A stretch of DNA of 30,535 bases from Verrucomicrobiales bacterium (GCA_031411295.1 JANOAV010000201.1:1-30535), one strand, 5' to 3'; positions 19,984 to 29,307 are shown, counted from the stretch's first letter. Notes: a model not told the origin generated them from the letters alone. Program-made: numbers and translations.

Positions 19984-22170
19984 TCAATAATGCACGGCAC
20001 TGACGGCATCCAAATCAAAGCCCGAAGCCCCACGGCCGCTCAGCGGGGTGAGGGCGGGATCGTTGGAATGCTGGATGGGTTCGCCTCCAAAGTCGTCCAC
20101 CATGGCGTTGTTGCCGGTAGATTGAATGCGGATATACCGAATCCAACTTAACCCTCCGATGCCCATGGCTCCGTTGAGGTCAAAGCTGTCGCCCCCGCTC
20201 TGGAGCGGATTCGTGGGATCTCCGCCAGTGGTGGCATTGCGACCCGCAATGCCTTGGGCGTAGTAAAATGGATTCTGCAAATCCACCGGCGTTCCATCCG
20301 CTGGGGTGATGACATCGGTTGGCAAGCGATGCCATTCCCCAGGCCACAGCGCGACGCTCACGACCGCTGGTTCCATGAAACGTCGATTGGCATCCCCGCC
20401 GATGAACATCACGTTTTCGAATACCGTCAGATCCGCCCCGGGCCCTAACTCAACAATATTATCGACAAAGGCCAGCTCGATGGCTCCCCCGGCACCGTCA
20501 CGCGCATGCAACGAAGCGACTTCCGTGGCGCGGTAGGCGGGGCTAAAGGTGCTCTTGCCGTCGGGCGGCCCGGTCACATTTCCAGGGATCGCACTGGCAC
20601 CGTAGCCGCCGGTGGTCAGTGGTTGGAAGGAAACCACCCGATCGGCAAAGGGATCACCGCGCTCACCCGCAATGCCTCGCTGCAGGGACATCGGCTTGAC
20701 GAGCACCTCTATTTCCGCCAAGGGCAGTTCGGTGCCATCCGTTAGTTGGGCACTGAGTTGATAAATCGGTCGGGTGCCTTCCGCCAGTCCGTGGTCCACA
20801 AAATTCGTGCCCGTGCCCTGATAAATCACATTTCCATCCCGCAGAACACTAAAGCCCGCAGCCTGTAACCCTTGTGCCGCAAGGAAAGCCCTCACTTGCG
20901 CGGGTGACCATGCCAGCCCCACCTTCTGCAGACTCGGTTGGGCAATCAGCAGGGCGCTCACAGCAAGGCGGAAGGTTTTTTCATAACTTAAGTTCTCCGC
21001 GTCATTGACCGTTAGGGTGAATTCCGCCAAGGCATCAAACGAGGGTGCCACTCCGGTAAGTTTGCCATCGGCAGAGAGCGTCCAACCAGCCTGCGGGAAT
21101 CCTCCTCGCGTGAGTTCCCAGGTGTAGGGAGCCGTGCCTCCGGTGGCTGTGAAGCTCGTTTCATAGAACGTTCCCGGCACCGCTGCGGGCAGCGCTGCGG
21201 GCGTGGTGATATCCAATCCGTTGGTCACGCGCCAAGGGATAATCTTCTCCACCGGAGTATCGAGACTGTCCGTAACTTTGATGGTGAGAGAGAATTCTCC
21301 CGCTTGTCGAGGGGTGACCCGCACCACCCCAGATGATGAATCCAGCACCGCGTCTTCCGGCCAAGTGCCAACGAGCGACCATTGGTAGGGAGCCAGGCCA
21401 CCGACGGCCTCGAAACGCAGCGTCGTGGGTGTATCCAGTTCCGCCGCCGGCAGCGTGGAGGTGGTAATCGCCAGATCTTCCTCGGTCTTAATGATCAGCG
21501 AATAAACGGCCGACGCCTCTGCTCCAGCTTCATCCAGCACCGTAAGCTTCAATGGTATCTTGCCAGGCTGGGGACTTTGACCAGTGATTTCTCCGGTGTT
21601 AGGGTTCACCAGAAAATTCGTCCCTGCCACCAACGCCCCGCCACGCCAAGTGTAGGGTGCGGTGCCTCCGACGGCTTCGGGAATAAAATGATAGGGCTGA
21701 TTGACTTTGCCTGCTGGGGGTGAGGGTGAGGCGATGGTGAGGGGAACTTCCGTCCGCGCCAAGGCTCCGCCGGGGCCATTCAGTCCGGGCGAATAAACCG
21801 GGATCCAAACCCCGTTTACCAACACCGCGCGTTGCAAACCAGAGCCGCCTTCGCCATCGATCTGCGAGATCCCTTTCGGCAGCGCATGGGGATCGGCTAA
21901 CGCGGCGGCTTCTGCGGCGGCCAGTTTCATCGCCTCCTGATGATTAAGATCTGATTGGCCATCCCGATCCCGTGGCGCATCGAAATCGCTCAGTTCGTCG
22001 TCGTCCTCATTTTCCCAGTCACTGCCATGAAACAGCGATGGACTGACGCCTAACGTGTCCCGCACCCACTTGGCCGCAGCCGAGCGCGGAGCCACCACTA
22101 ACAACCCGACCCCGCCCAGCATCAAGCCGAACGCGAAGCAAGCTGCGATGATGAGATGCTGTCGTTTCAT
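19984..22170 (-). CDS. N-terminally membrane-anchored protein with three putative Ig repeats, an FN3-like segment and a C-terminal GFDLDA-type surface domain (possibly BtuH-like)
   Basis: N-terminal hydrophobic helix and acidic linker; [16 protein letters not shown] and GGTAPYTW Ig repeats; C-terminal [35 protein letters not shown]. Its start overlaps the upstream stop (ATGA, 22167-22170). Confidence 0.8.
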   Translation of the reverse strand: MKRQHLIIAACFAFGLMLGGVGLLVVAPRSAAAKWVRDTLGVSPSLFHGSDWENEDDDELSDFDAPRDRDGQSDLNHQEAMKLAAAEAAALADPHALPKGISQIDGEGGSGLQRAVLVNGVWIPVYSPGLNGPGGALARTEVPLTIASPSPPAGKVNQPYHFIPEAVGGTAPYTWRGGALVAGTNFLVNPNTGEITGQSPQPGKIPLKLTVLDEAGAEASAVYSLIIKTEEDLAITTSTLPAAELDTPTTLRFEAVGGLAPYQWSLVGTWPEDAVLDSSSGVVRVTPRQAGEFSLTIKVTDSLDTPVEKIIPWRVTNGLDITTPAALPAAVPGTFYETSFTATGGTAPYTWELTRGGFPQAGWTLSADGKLTGVAPSFDALAEFTLTVNDAENLSYEKTFRLAVSALLIAQPSLQKVGLAWSPAQVRAFLAAQGLQAAGFSVLRDGNVIYQGTGTNFVDHGLAEGTRPIYQLSAQLTDGTELPLAEIEVLVKPMSLQRGIAGERGDPFADRVVSFQPLTTGGYGASAIPGNVTGPPDGKSTFSPAYRATEVASLHARDGAGGAIELAFVDNIVELGPGADLTVFENVMFIGGDANRRFMEPAVVSVALWPGEWHRLPTDVITPADGTPVDLQNPFYYAQGIAGRNATTGGDPTNPLQSGGDSFDLNGAMGIGGLSWIRYIRIQSTGNNAMVDDFGGEPIQHSNDPALTPLSGRGASGFDLDAVSAVHY

Positions 22171-24269
22171 GGAAAGGTAACGCGCACGCGCAGGAAACGT
22201 GGTGTGGTGCCCATGACCACAGTGTCGCGCACGCTGACGAGTTGCACGGTGCCGCTGGTGGCCTCGGAAATCAAGGGCGTAGCTGGGCTGACGGCCTGGG
22301 TCGTGTTTCCCGCCACACTGGTGGCGATGGTGCTCCAGGAGTTGGCTGACAAGTTAGCTGAGGCTTCCACACTGTAAGTTAGATCCGTATGCAGCGGATC
22401 GCGCGGGAACGTGATCACGAACCGCCCGGAGGATCGATTGATTTGGATGGGACTGGAGTTGGGAAGCGTCGGCAGCGTTTGGAAAGCATACTCCAGGAGA
22501 TTGCCCAAGCCGTCTCCGTCTGGATCCGCTTGCGGTCCCCAGAGCGTTGCTTTCGTGGGCTGGGTCAAATTTTCCGCCCCGAAGTGGAACGCCTGCCAGG
22601 AGGCCAGCGTGTCCGGCACGGTGATGGCGCTCACGCTGGTGAGGCCATGCAGGATGGCGGTGCCCGGAGTGCCCAGTTCGTCCGTGACCATGAAGGCAAT
22701 GTAAGATTCGCTGCCGCGGGTAAACGTTTGCACTTGATAAAGCGGATCGGTGACTCCGGCTAGGGGCGCATGATCCGGCAGCACATGGCGCGATGCTCCC
22801 GTGTTAGGATCATAGACTTCCAGATCATGACTCCTGAAGCCACTGGCCCAGATGCGGCCCCGGGCATCAACGGCCAGGGAGCTGGCACTGGTGAATTTGC
22901 ACTGCCGCACACTCTGCCCCACTGCGAGTGGGGCGCTGCTGCCAGCTTGGATGGCCGCTATGGCAGCATCGATCTGAGTGACGCTGAATTTCCGCACCAC
23001 ATCGCTCTGGGCCGCTGCGGGTGAGCCATCCAGCTCGTATTGCGCGAAGAACACATTACCCTGGGCATCCGTGGTCAAGCCGCTGCTATAGGTGCTGAGG
23101 TCCGTGGTCAGAAAGCCGGTTTTCGTGCCGTCGGAGGAAACATAGCTCAGCCGATGTTTCCCCGTCGGCCCATTGCCACCGCCGATGATCCAGCCCTGAC
23201 GACCACTGTTAGGCGAATTCCACCAGGCCCCGGAGAAATTCTGCAGCGCTGCCAAGGGCGCGCTCACCAGAGCTGTGCCTGGTGTCGCTGGATTGAAGCG
23301 ATGCACACCCGTGACATTGCCAAAGCCGCCCCCGGAACCTAGTAAAGCCTGGGAAGCGCTACTAACCGCAATGAAACTCGGATCAAACTCCACGCCACCA
23401 ACCGATATCGACGTCCGTCCCGGTTGTCCCCAAGTCGTCTGCACGCTCAAGGAACCCTGTGCTCCCAGCACAAACCGTCCATCCGGCAGATGCGCGAACG
23501 CCGTGGCATTTACCTGATCTGCCAGCAAGCTGCCGACGTTGAGCGTCTGCCACGTTTGCAGATTCAGCACGCCAATGGCATCGAGATCGAATCCGGCGGA
23601 CTGTGCGTTGGGATAACTGTCGTAGATGATGCGATGCTCGCTGTCACGTGCCGCACCATCCCCGATCACATCCACCAAGCGCACATACGCCACTTGATCC
23701 AAACCGACGTCCGCCAAGTCATAGGGTTCCCCATACGGTTGGCGATATTTGCAGCCCAGTCCCTGCACGTCCGTGGGCTCAATACCGCCAAAACCAGCCA
23801 CCGCCACCGGCGTGGCAGAGTGGTTAGGAAAACGCACAAAACTCACGCCATCGCGCGAGACTTCCACGTAAGCCAACTCCAGGAAGTTGTCGTTGAGAGC
23901 GTTCTCAAACACCACAAAGTCTGCGCCCGCGCCATTGCTGATGAAGCCCGGAAAAGCCAGCGTGATCGTCCCGCCCGCTCCCAAACACGTGATGTGGGTG
24001 GCATCATCTCCTGCTGGCCCGAGACATTTGCTCGTGTCCTGCCATTGGGAAATACAGTCCGTGCCGACTTGATAGTTCACCACGCGATTCCCCCACCCTG
24101 CCAGGCGCGGGTCCGTGCGATGAATCGCAGTGGAACCCACTTGCCCAGCGGCAGGCGCATACGGGCCCGCCACGGCCGAAGTGGCAACGATGAAGAGACA
24201 GCTCAATGGCCGCAGCCATGAAGCATGGCTGCGGTAAAAGGTAGGCAGTGCTAGCGACGGCGTTTCCAT
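22167..24269 (-). CDS. Secreted protein with an N-terminal GFDLDA-type domain, a beta-propeller-like middle and a C-terminal DxDGDG domain
   Basis: [50 protein letters not shown]; propeller-like [12 protein letters not shown] and [11 protein letters not shown]; tail [23 protein letters not shown]. The start is uncertain; ATG 24269 was chosen over 24299. Confidence 0.8.
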   Translation of the reverse strand: METPSLALPTFYRSHASWLRPLSCLFIVATSAVAGPYAPAAGQVGSTAIHRTDPRLAGWGNRVVNYQVGTDCISQWQDTSKCLGPAGDDATHITCLGAGGTITLAFPGFISNGAGADFVVFENALNDNFLELAYVEVSRDGVSFVRFPNHSATPVAVAGFGGIEPTDVQGLGCKYRQPYGEPYDLADVGLDQVAYVRLVDVIGDGAARDSEHRIIYDSYPNAQSAGFDLDAIGVLNLQTWQTLNVGSLLADQVNATAFAHLPDGRFVLGAQGSLSVQTTWGQPGRTSISVGGVEFDPSFIAVSSASQALLGSGGGFGNVTGVHRFNPATPGTALVSAPLAALQNFSGAWWNSPNSGRQGWIIGGGNGPTGKHRLSYVSSDGTKTGFLTTDLSTYSSGLTTDAQGNVFFAQYELDGSPAAAQSDVVRKFSVTQIDAAIAAIQAGSSAPLAVGQSVRQCKFTSASSLAVDARGRIWASGFRSHDLEVYDPNTGASRHVLPDHAPLAGVTDPLYQVQTFTRGSESYIAFMVTDELGTPGTAILHGLTSVSAITVPDTLASWQAFHFGAENLTQPTKATLWGPQADPDGDGLGNLLEYAFQTLPTLPNSSPIQINRSSGRFVITFPRDPLHTDLTYSVEASANLSANSWSTIATSVAGNTTQAVSPATPLISEATSGTVQLVSVRDTVVMGTTPRFLRVRVTFP

Positions 24270-24910
24270 ACGCACAACAAGAGTATCGCACTGAGCCACG
24301 TCGGTTCTGGGACCACCGTCGGCGCGTTCGTGCTGAAGCCCGGCCCCGTGGAGTTGAAATCAGCGTAGACCAAGCCATCCCACGAACCGTCGGCCAGCGG
24401 ACGCCCCAGAATGCCGGTATTAGAGGAAATCCAAGCGCCCGGACCCGCCTCATCATAGGGGCTGCCCAGCGGTGGCAGCACATGCGCGCCCGTGGGTGCT
24501 GCCCCATCAGTATAGTTGCCACTTTGCTGATTATTGTTCACGAAGTAGTTCCAATACTGACCGGTGCCAGCATTGTAGTCGCCTTGGAATCGCACGCCAT
24601 TCCAACCCACGTTCGAAACAAACCCAATGCCGCTAATGGTTGCGCTGAGCCGATTTTCCGCGCCCAGCACCGCAGTTAATAAATCAGCTCCCGTCTTGGG
24701 CTGATTGGCATCCCAACGATAGCCCCAAGCCCAGGCCGGTTGCGCATCGGCCCAGTCCAGGACCAGCACAGCTTGATTGATGCCAGGACCAGCCGCCGGG
24801 CCGATCCAGTTAGTGATGTCCGACATGAGGAACGTGGCCGCAGCACAAGTTCCAGTAATAAACAGAGTGCAGGCTAACGCCAACGCCTGCAGGAGTGGTC
24901 TTTTTTTCAT
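24251..24910 (-). CDS. PEP-CTERM surface protein with a transcobalamin beta-domain/DUF4430-like motif
   Basis: Start reassigned to ATG 24910 ([14 protein letters not shown].. signal peptide). Contains [44 protein letters not shown] and ends [20 protein letters not shown]. Confidence 0.82.
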   Translation of the reverse strand: MKKRPLLQALALACTLFITGTCAAATFLMSDITNWIGPAAGPGINQAVLVLDWADAQPAWAWGYRWDANQPKTGADLLTAVLGAENRLSATISGIGFVSNVGWNGVRFQGDYNAGTGQYWNYFVNNNQQSGNYTDGAAPTGAHVLPPLGSPYDEAGPGAWISSNTGILGRPLADGSWDGLVYADFNSTGPGFSTNAPTVVPEPTWLSAILLLCVWKRRR

Positions 24911-24984
24911 AGGTTCGGTTCGGCTTTGGATTCGCGCCGATGATCGATGTTTCTTTACATTTCCCTTCCGGGAAATCATCCGCA

Positions 24985-25160
24985 CTCCAAGTGTTCTGAC
25001 TCCCGGCTTCAAACCTCCGCCCCGCCTTCACCCAAGCTTCCAACGACGCGAACAGCGAGCCGTCATTCACTCAGATTGACATCATGGGACTTTGTAACCG
25101 GATACAGCAGCGCCAACTGTCCCGGGTTCTCACCGGGTTCCATATCGCGCGGACCATGTC
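24985..25160 (-). promoter_or_regulatory. Cobalamin (B12) riboswitch
   Basis: The minus strand has GGAACCCGGTGAGAACCCGGGACAGTTGGCGCTGCTGTA (25142 to 25103), then GGGTGAAGG, then the B12-box-like GCCGGGAGTCAGAACACTT (25007 to 24989), about 80 nt upstream of ATG 24910. Boundaries are approximate. Confidence 0.8.
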
Positions 25161-25251
25161 ACATCATCCCGCTGCCGCGTTGCTGCAAGCTCTTATTTGA
25201 GCAGCCACAAATCTGGTTGCCGAACCGCAGGAATTACTCCCCAATACCGCT

Positions 25252-26049
25252 GTGTTCACTGTTTCCTCTCATGTTATTTGCCACCTCGCCTGCGGCCCCA
25301 TGCGGGCGGCCGCCAGTCATTTAAGTGAGAAGACACATCAAATTATCTTTGGGGAAACGTGCCAAATCTTGGAGCCCGGCCCGGTCTTCTGTCGCGCGCG
25401 CAGTGCCTTCGAAGGATACGAAGGCTGGATCGACTCCCGGCAATTCCGTCCCCTCGCCACAGTCCCACCGACCGCTGAGATCGGCAGTGTCATCATTGAT
25501 GAAATAGCCGCGCCTGTCGTGAGTTCAGAGCGGACCCTCTGGTTGCCGTTAGGGGCGCTGTTGCCACATTACGCTGCGGGGACTTTTTCGCTGGGAGATG
25601 AGAAATTTCACTACCCCGGACCAGTCCACCGGATCCGCCCAGCACAGGATGCCAGCGAACTGACCACCTACGCTCTGCGTTATCTGCATGCGCCCTATTA
25701 CTGGGGTGCCCGCACTCCCTGGGGCATCGATTGCTCCGGACTGGTGCAAATGGTGTTTCGCGCCTTCGGGATTGTCATGCAGCGGGATTGCTCCCAGCAG
25801 CATCGCCAAGGCCAAGCCGTCGCTTCCCTAGCCGATTCTCAACCGGGGGATCTGGTGTTCTTCAGCAGTCAGCGCAATCCCGGCCCCGGGATCGATCACG
25901 TCGGCATTCTCCTCCCCGAGGGCAAAGTCCTTCATGCCAGCGGTTCCGTGCGCCTCGATCCCGTCAACGAAACTGGCATCCACCACCACCGCACCGGAGA
26001 GCACACCCACACGTTAGTGGAAATCCGCCGGATCCCTCTGGCTGTTTGA
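25252..26049 (+). CDS. NlpC/P60 (C40) peptidase with an SH3b-like N-terminus (YkfC/dipeptidyl-peptidase VI-like)
   Basis: PYYWGARTPWGIDCSGLVQ, QPGDLVFF, DHVGI and LHAS give the Cys-His-His triad. N-terminal QIIFGE..YEGWID; GTG start. Confidence 0.9.
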   Translation: MFTVSSHVICHLACGPMRAAASHLSEKTHQIIFGETCQILEPGPVFCRARSAFEGYEGWIDSRQFRPLATVPPTAEIGSVIIDEIAAPVVSSERTLWLPLGALLPHYAAGTFSLGDEKFHYPGPVHRIRPAQDASELTTYALRYLHAPYYWGARTPWGIDCSGLVQMVFRAFGIVMQRDCSQQHRQGQAVASLADSQPGDLVFFSSQRNPGPGIDHVGILLPEGKVLHASGSVRLDPVNETGIHHHRTGEHTHTLVEIRRIPLAV

Positions 26050-26069
26050 TAATTGCAAAAGCCCCGGCC

Positions 26070-26152
26070 GTGGAGGGCGACGTGAGGAGACCAGCGCCAC
26101 GCGACGCAGAGTATCCCGGACCTCGCGAAGGTCTCGTTGCCTCGCCCTCCAC
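26070..26152. repeat. Imperfect REP doublet between convergent genes
   Basis: GTGGAGGGCGACGTGAGGAGACC (26070-26092) matches the reverse complement of 26130-26152 (GTGGAGGGCGAGGCAACGAGACC) at 19 of 23 positions. Confidence 0.65.
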
Positions 26153-26209
26153 AGTATTTGCCGCCAATCGAGGCCGCCTTTGGAGGCTTTTCGAATCCGT
26201 TTTCCGCTT

Positions 26210-26253
26210 AAAAAGCCACCACCCCCAGCCCGGCGGACCGGACTGAGGGTGGC
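26210..26253 (-). terminator. Probable intrinsic terminator of the OMP gene
   Basis: On the minus strand, the stem CCACCCTCAGTCCGG/CCGGGCTGGGGGTGG (with G-U pairs) is followed by TGGCTTTT, about 30 nt after the stop. Confidence 0.6.
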
Positions 26254-26283
26254 AGTAATTTATCAGTTAGGACTGAACCACGC

Positions 26284-26892
26284 TTACCAGCGGAAGTTCA
26301 GACTGCCTTGGATCAGGTGACCCTGCAGGTCGGAAGCGCCCACATTGATGTAGCGGTAACCGACTCCAATGGAGGTGCCATCGCTGATGTGATAGCTGAA
26401 TCCAGCCTGGGCTTGGATGGCTAGGTCGAAGGTGTCATCGCTGGCGCTGACGTCGATGTTGTCAATCCCACTCACGGAAGCGGAGGCATAAGCGCCACCC
26501 AGTCCACCGCCGAGGTTGAAGGACAGGGCATCCGTCAATTTGATGTCATAATGCGCGGTCAGCAGCATGGGCACAAATTTCACGTCACCATTGAGGTTCA
26601 CATTGTTGCCCCGGCCCGAGAAGGAAGCCATATCGGCATGATAGTAGCCGACATTGGCACCCAAGCCGAAGCCATTGCCGAGGTTGTAGCCCAGCTCGAG
26701 ATTGGCCCCGATGCCAGTGTCGAAGTTGGCATTGTAACCGCCGGCAATGGAGATATTTTCCAGCCAGAGTCCGCCTGCGGAGACATCCCAGAACCATCCC
26801 GGACCGTCCGGGGCCACTGGAGGGGCTGCTTGCGCGATGCTGCTGGTGGCCATCATGGCCCCTGCGAGAATAAGAAGAGAGTTAAGCTTCAT
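26284..26892 (-). CDS. Outer-membrane beta-barrel protein (OmpW/OmpA-TM/opacity-like, about 8 strands)
   Basis: Signal peptide ending in AQA, amphipathic strands (NLELGYNL, QAQAGFSYHI, IGVGYRY) and a C-terminal aromatic residue (LNFRW). Confidence 0.85.
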   Translation of the reverse strand: MKLNSLLILAGAMMATSSIAQAAPPVAPDGPGWFWDVSAGGLWLENISIAGGYNANFDTGIGANLELGYNLGNGFGLGANVGYYHADMASFSGRGNNVNLNGDVKFVPMLLTAHYDIKLTDALSFNLGGGLGGAYASASVSGIDNIDVSASDDTFDLAIQAQAGFSYHISDGTSIGVGYRYINVGASDLQGHLIQGSLNFRW

Positions 26893-27123
26893 TGGTTGCT
26901 TTATGTTAGTTGAGTTAGTGTTGGTTGAGAACGACCCCGGGAATAAATCCCGTTCGTCCTGCGAGATTTAGGCTTCTCTGGAAATGGCGTCAAGCTTCAT
27001 CCACCATTTCTGCACCAGTCCCATTCCAATTTTTATAACGAGTCACAATGCCTCCAATAAAATTTGACGTGCGTCGCAAAATCTTGCTGACAAGAACACC
27101 ATTTTCGCCATAGAACATCCCTG

Positions 27124-27393
27124 ATGCCCACGGTTCAGTTTTCCGCCAACTTCGCCCGCCAGACCCCAGCAGTTTCCTGCGAGGTGCAAGGCCCCACCTT
27201 GCGCGAAGTCATGGAGCAAGTGTTCGCGCTGCAACCGCATCTCCGCGGCTACGTGCTGGACGATCAAGCCACGGTGCGGACGCACGTAGTCATCTTCGTC
27301 AATGGCGCAGCCATCCAAGATCGGCTCATGCTCAGCGGTGTCGTCACGGCAGATGCCGAAATTTATGTCATGCAAGCACTATCAGGAGGATAA
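27124..27393 (+). CDS. MoaD/ThiS family ubiquitin-like protein
   Basis: 89 aa with a beta-grasp pattern (VVIFVNG) and C-terminal ALSGG. Confidence 0.9.
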   Translation: MPTVQFSANFARQTPAVSCEVQGPTLREVMEQVFALQPHLRGYVLDDQATVRTHVVIFVNGAAIQDRLMLSGVVTADAEIYVMQALSGG

Positions 27394-27406
27394 CCCATGA
27401 ACCCAC

Positions 27407-27618
27407 GAGTGATTATTCCACAGCAAAGGGAGGTGGCGCGAGGCTGAGCCCGAGCCAGTCGTGAGCTTATGCATCCCTGCTCTAAAAGAACTTGCCTAGC
27501 GATGGTCGATCTGCGCGAGGAAGTGCTTGAGCGAACCTTTGAATGCAAGCAGACGAAGGCTCGGGCGCAGCCTCGCTCCACCGCGCTAGAAAGCACATCC
27601 GCTGTGGAATAATCACTC
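27407..27618. mobile_element. MITE/REPIN-like 212-bp element with nested inverted repeats
   Basis: Perfect 18-bp terminal IR GAGTGATTATTCCACAGC at 27407-27424 and 27601-27618. Inner 25-bp IR GGTGG(C/A)GCGAGGCTG(A/C)GCCCGAGCC at 27432-27456 and 27558-27582, with 2 mismatches. Confidence 0.7.
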
Positions 27619-27623
27619 CTGCC

Positions 27624-28742
27624 ATGAACCACAATCCCAAATTCTGGTTAGGAACCCGCAAGGGACTCATTGAAGTTCAACGTCACGCAGAACGCTGGAC
27701 CATTACGCGGACCTCATTTCTGGGCGTCTCCGTGCCCATGCTCATGCGGGATCCCCGCACTGGCACCGTCATTGCCGCCATCGAGCACGGGCACTTCGGC
27801 ACCAAGTTTCACCACTCGGAGGATGATGGCGCCACCTGGGTGGAGCGCGCCTGCCCCACCTATCCGCCCAAGCCGGACGACGTGCCGGACACCATTTGCC
27901 AAATGAGCCAGCGGCCGATTCCGTGGGCGCTGGAGAAGATCTGGGCCTTGGAGGCTGGGGGCGCCGATCAGCCCGGACTGCTCTGGTGTGGCACGATTCC
28001 CGGCGGGCTATTTAAGTCGCTCGATGGAGGTGCCTCATGGGAGTTAGTGCGCAGCCTCTGGGATCATCCGGGGCGGGCTCGCTGGTTTGGTGGCGGGGCC
28101 GACTGGCCGGGCATTCATTCAATTTTGGTGGATCCGCGGAACAGTCAGCACGTCACCATCGCAGTCTCCTGTGGCGGCGTTTGGGAAACGTGGGACACTG
28201 GGGAAACGTGGTCGTGCATCGGATCAGGAGTCTTCGCAGAGTTCATGCCGCCCGAGTTGCGGGATGATCCCGGCATCCAGGACCCCCACCGCATTGCCGC
28301 CTGCTCCGCCGCGCCCGATGCCCTTTGGATGCAGCATCACAACGGCATTTTCCATTCGCCAGACGGCGGCCAGCATTGGACCCATCTCAAGACCGCTGAT
28401 CCCAGCGACTTTGGTTTCGGAGTTGCCGTGCATCCGCAAAATCCCCAGATCGCATGGTTCGTGCCCGGCATTCGGGATACAGATCGGGTGCCCGTGGATT
28501 GCGCCTTGTGCGTCATGCGCACGCAGGATGGCGGTGCCTCCTTCCAAGCCCTGCGTGCCGGATTACCCCAGGACCACGCCTACCATGTGGTGTATCGTCA
28601 TGCTCTGGCAGTGGCCCCGGATGGCCAGACCCTAGCCTTTGGTTCCACCACCGGTTCCGTGTGGATCAGCGAAAATGGGGGAGATACTTGGGAACGCTTG
28701 AGCGCGGATCTGCCGCCGATTTATTGTCTGCGTTTTTGCTAG
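27624..28742 (+). CDS. WD40/YVTN/BNR-repeat beta-propeller protein (exo-alpha-sialidase-like fold)
   Basis: Start reassigned to ATG 27624 (MNHNPKFWLGTRKGL). Asp-boxes SEDDGATW, SLDGGASW, TWDTGETW, SPDGGQHW, TQDGGASF and SENGGDTW, plus QDPH and QHHNGIF. No signal peptide. Confidence 0.88.
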   Translation: MNHNPKFWLGTRKGLIEVQRHAERWTITRTSFLGVSVPMLMRDPRTGTVIAAIEHGHFGTKFHHSEDDGATWVERACPTYPPKPDDVPDTICQMSQRPIPWALEKIWALEAGGADQPGLLWCGTIPGGLFKSLDGGASWELVRSLWDHPGRARWFGGGADWPGIHSILVDPRNSQHVTIAVSCGGVWETWDTGETWSCIGSGVFAEFMPPELRDDPGIQDPHRIAACSAAPDALWMQHHNGIFHSPDGGQHWTHLKTADPSDFGFGVAVHPQNPQIAWFVPGIRDTDRVPVDCALCVMRTQDGGASFQALRAGLPQDHAYHVVYRHALAVAPDGQTLAFGSTTGSVWISENGGDTWERLSADLPPIYCLRFC

Positions 28743-28759
28743 CCTGATCTTGCGAGACA

Positions 28760-29091
28760 CTTGTAAATGCCGCCCACTCAGCGTCTCCCGCCCCACCCAC
28801 TTCCCATACGCCTCCACCGTCCTGCCGGCATTCTGCTTTTCCCGCAGCCGCTGCTGAATCTGCCACTTCCAAGTTTTATCCTCCGGAACACCACCCGGTT
28901 CCGCTAATTCATAATTGATAATTGATAATTCCTCCTTCATCATTTTCTCCACTCACCCGCGCTTCTTGCAAGCCTATAAATACTCTTCTATCCCCCATGG
29001 AAAAGCCTTGCTTTTGGTCAGGATTGACCGCATTATCATCACTGAGCGATTCCCGCCATCCACGTATTAAGCAAGTCGTATTATCATCCAT
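28760..29091 (-). pseudogene. intI: Decayed integron-integrase remnant (N-terminal part only)
   Basis: QIQQRLREKQNAGRTVEAYGKWVGR (about 28788-28862) resembles the IntI N-terminal pattern 'R..IR.KHYS.RTE.AY..W..R'. The upstream MDDNTTCLIRGWRESL.. joins it only through a frameshift at the G5 run (28992-28996) and two stop codons. No catalytic domain is present. It is divergent from an attI/cassette array. Confidence 0.6.
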
Positions 29092-29194
29092 TACTGACCG
29101 CAATATCACCCAAACCCCCCAGATTTAAACGGAGAGCCTAAAAATTATGCGAATGACATTTTTGATATTGCGGCCAAAACCATCCACCCCAGCC

Positions 29195-29228
29195 ACTCTA
29201 CTTCACCGCTAAGTAGAATGTTCTCTCC
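29195..29228 (+). other. Putative integron attI site (crossover G29220|T29221)
   Basis: GTTCTCTCC (29220-29228) is the exact reverse complement of GGAGAGAAC at the end of the first cassette. It is preceded by a TCTACTT..AAGTAGA dyad and lies next to the intI remnant. Confidence 0.65.
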
Positions 29229-29307
29229 CGTCGGCCCAGTTATATAAACCGAATCTTTGCTAAGGTCTATCCCCTGACTATCCCAACTTAATGTTATTTC
29301 TTTTTCC

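Noticed and set aside
24911..25012. N-terminal extension of the 253-aa ORF
   Set aside because: It runs through the riboswitch and expression platform. The signal peptide begins at ATG 24910.
27543..27623. N-terminal extension of the 399-aa ORF
   Set aside because: It lies inside the inverted-repeat element. The family-like sequence starts at ATG 27624.
28632..29128. ORFs 28632..28952 (-), 28909..29109 (-) and 28922..29128 (+) as independent genes
   Set aside because: Better explained as fragments or shadows of a decayed intI.
29092..29219. Integron Pc/Pint promoters or a LexA box
   Set aside because: The region is AT-rich, but I could not identify a convincing -35/-10 pair or SOS box by eye.
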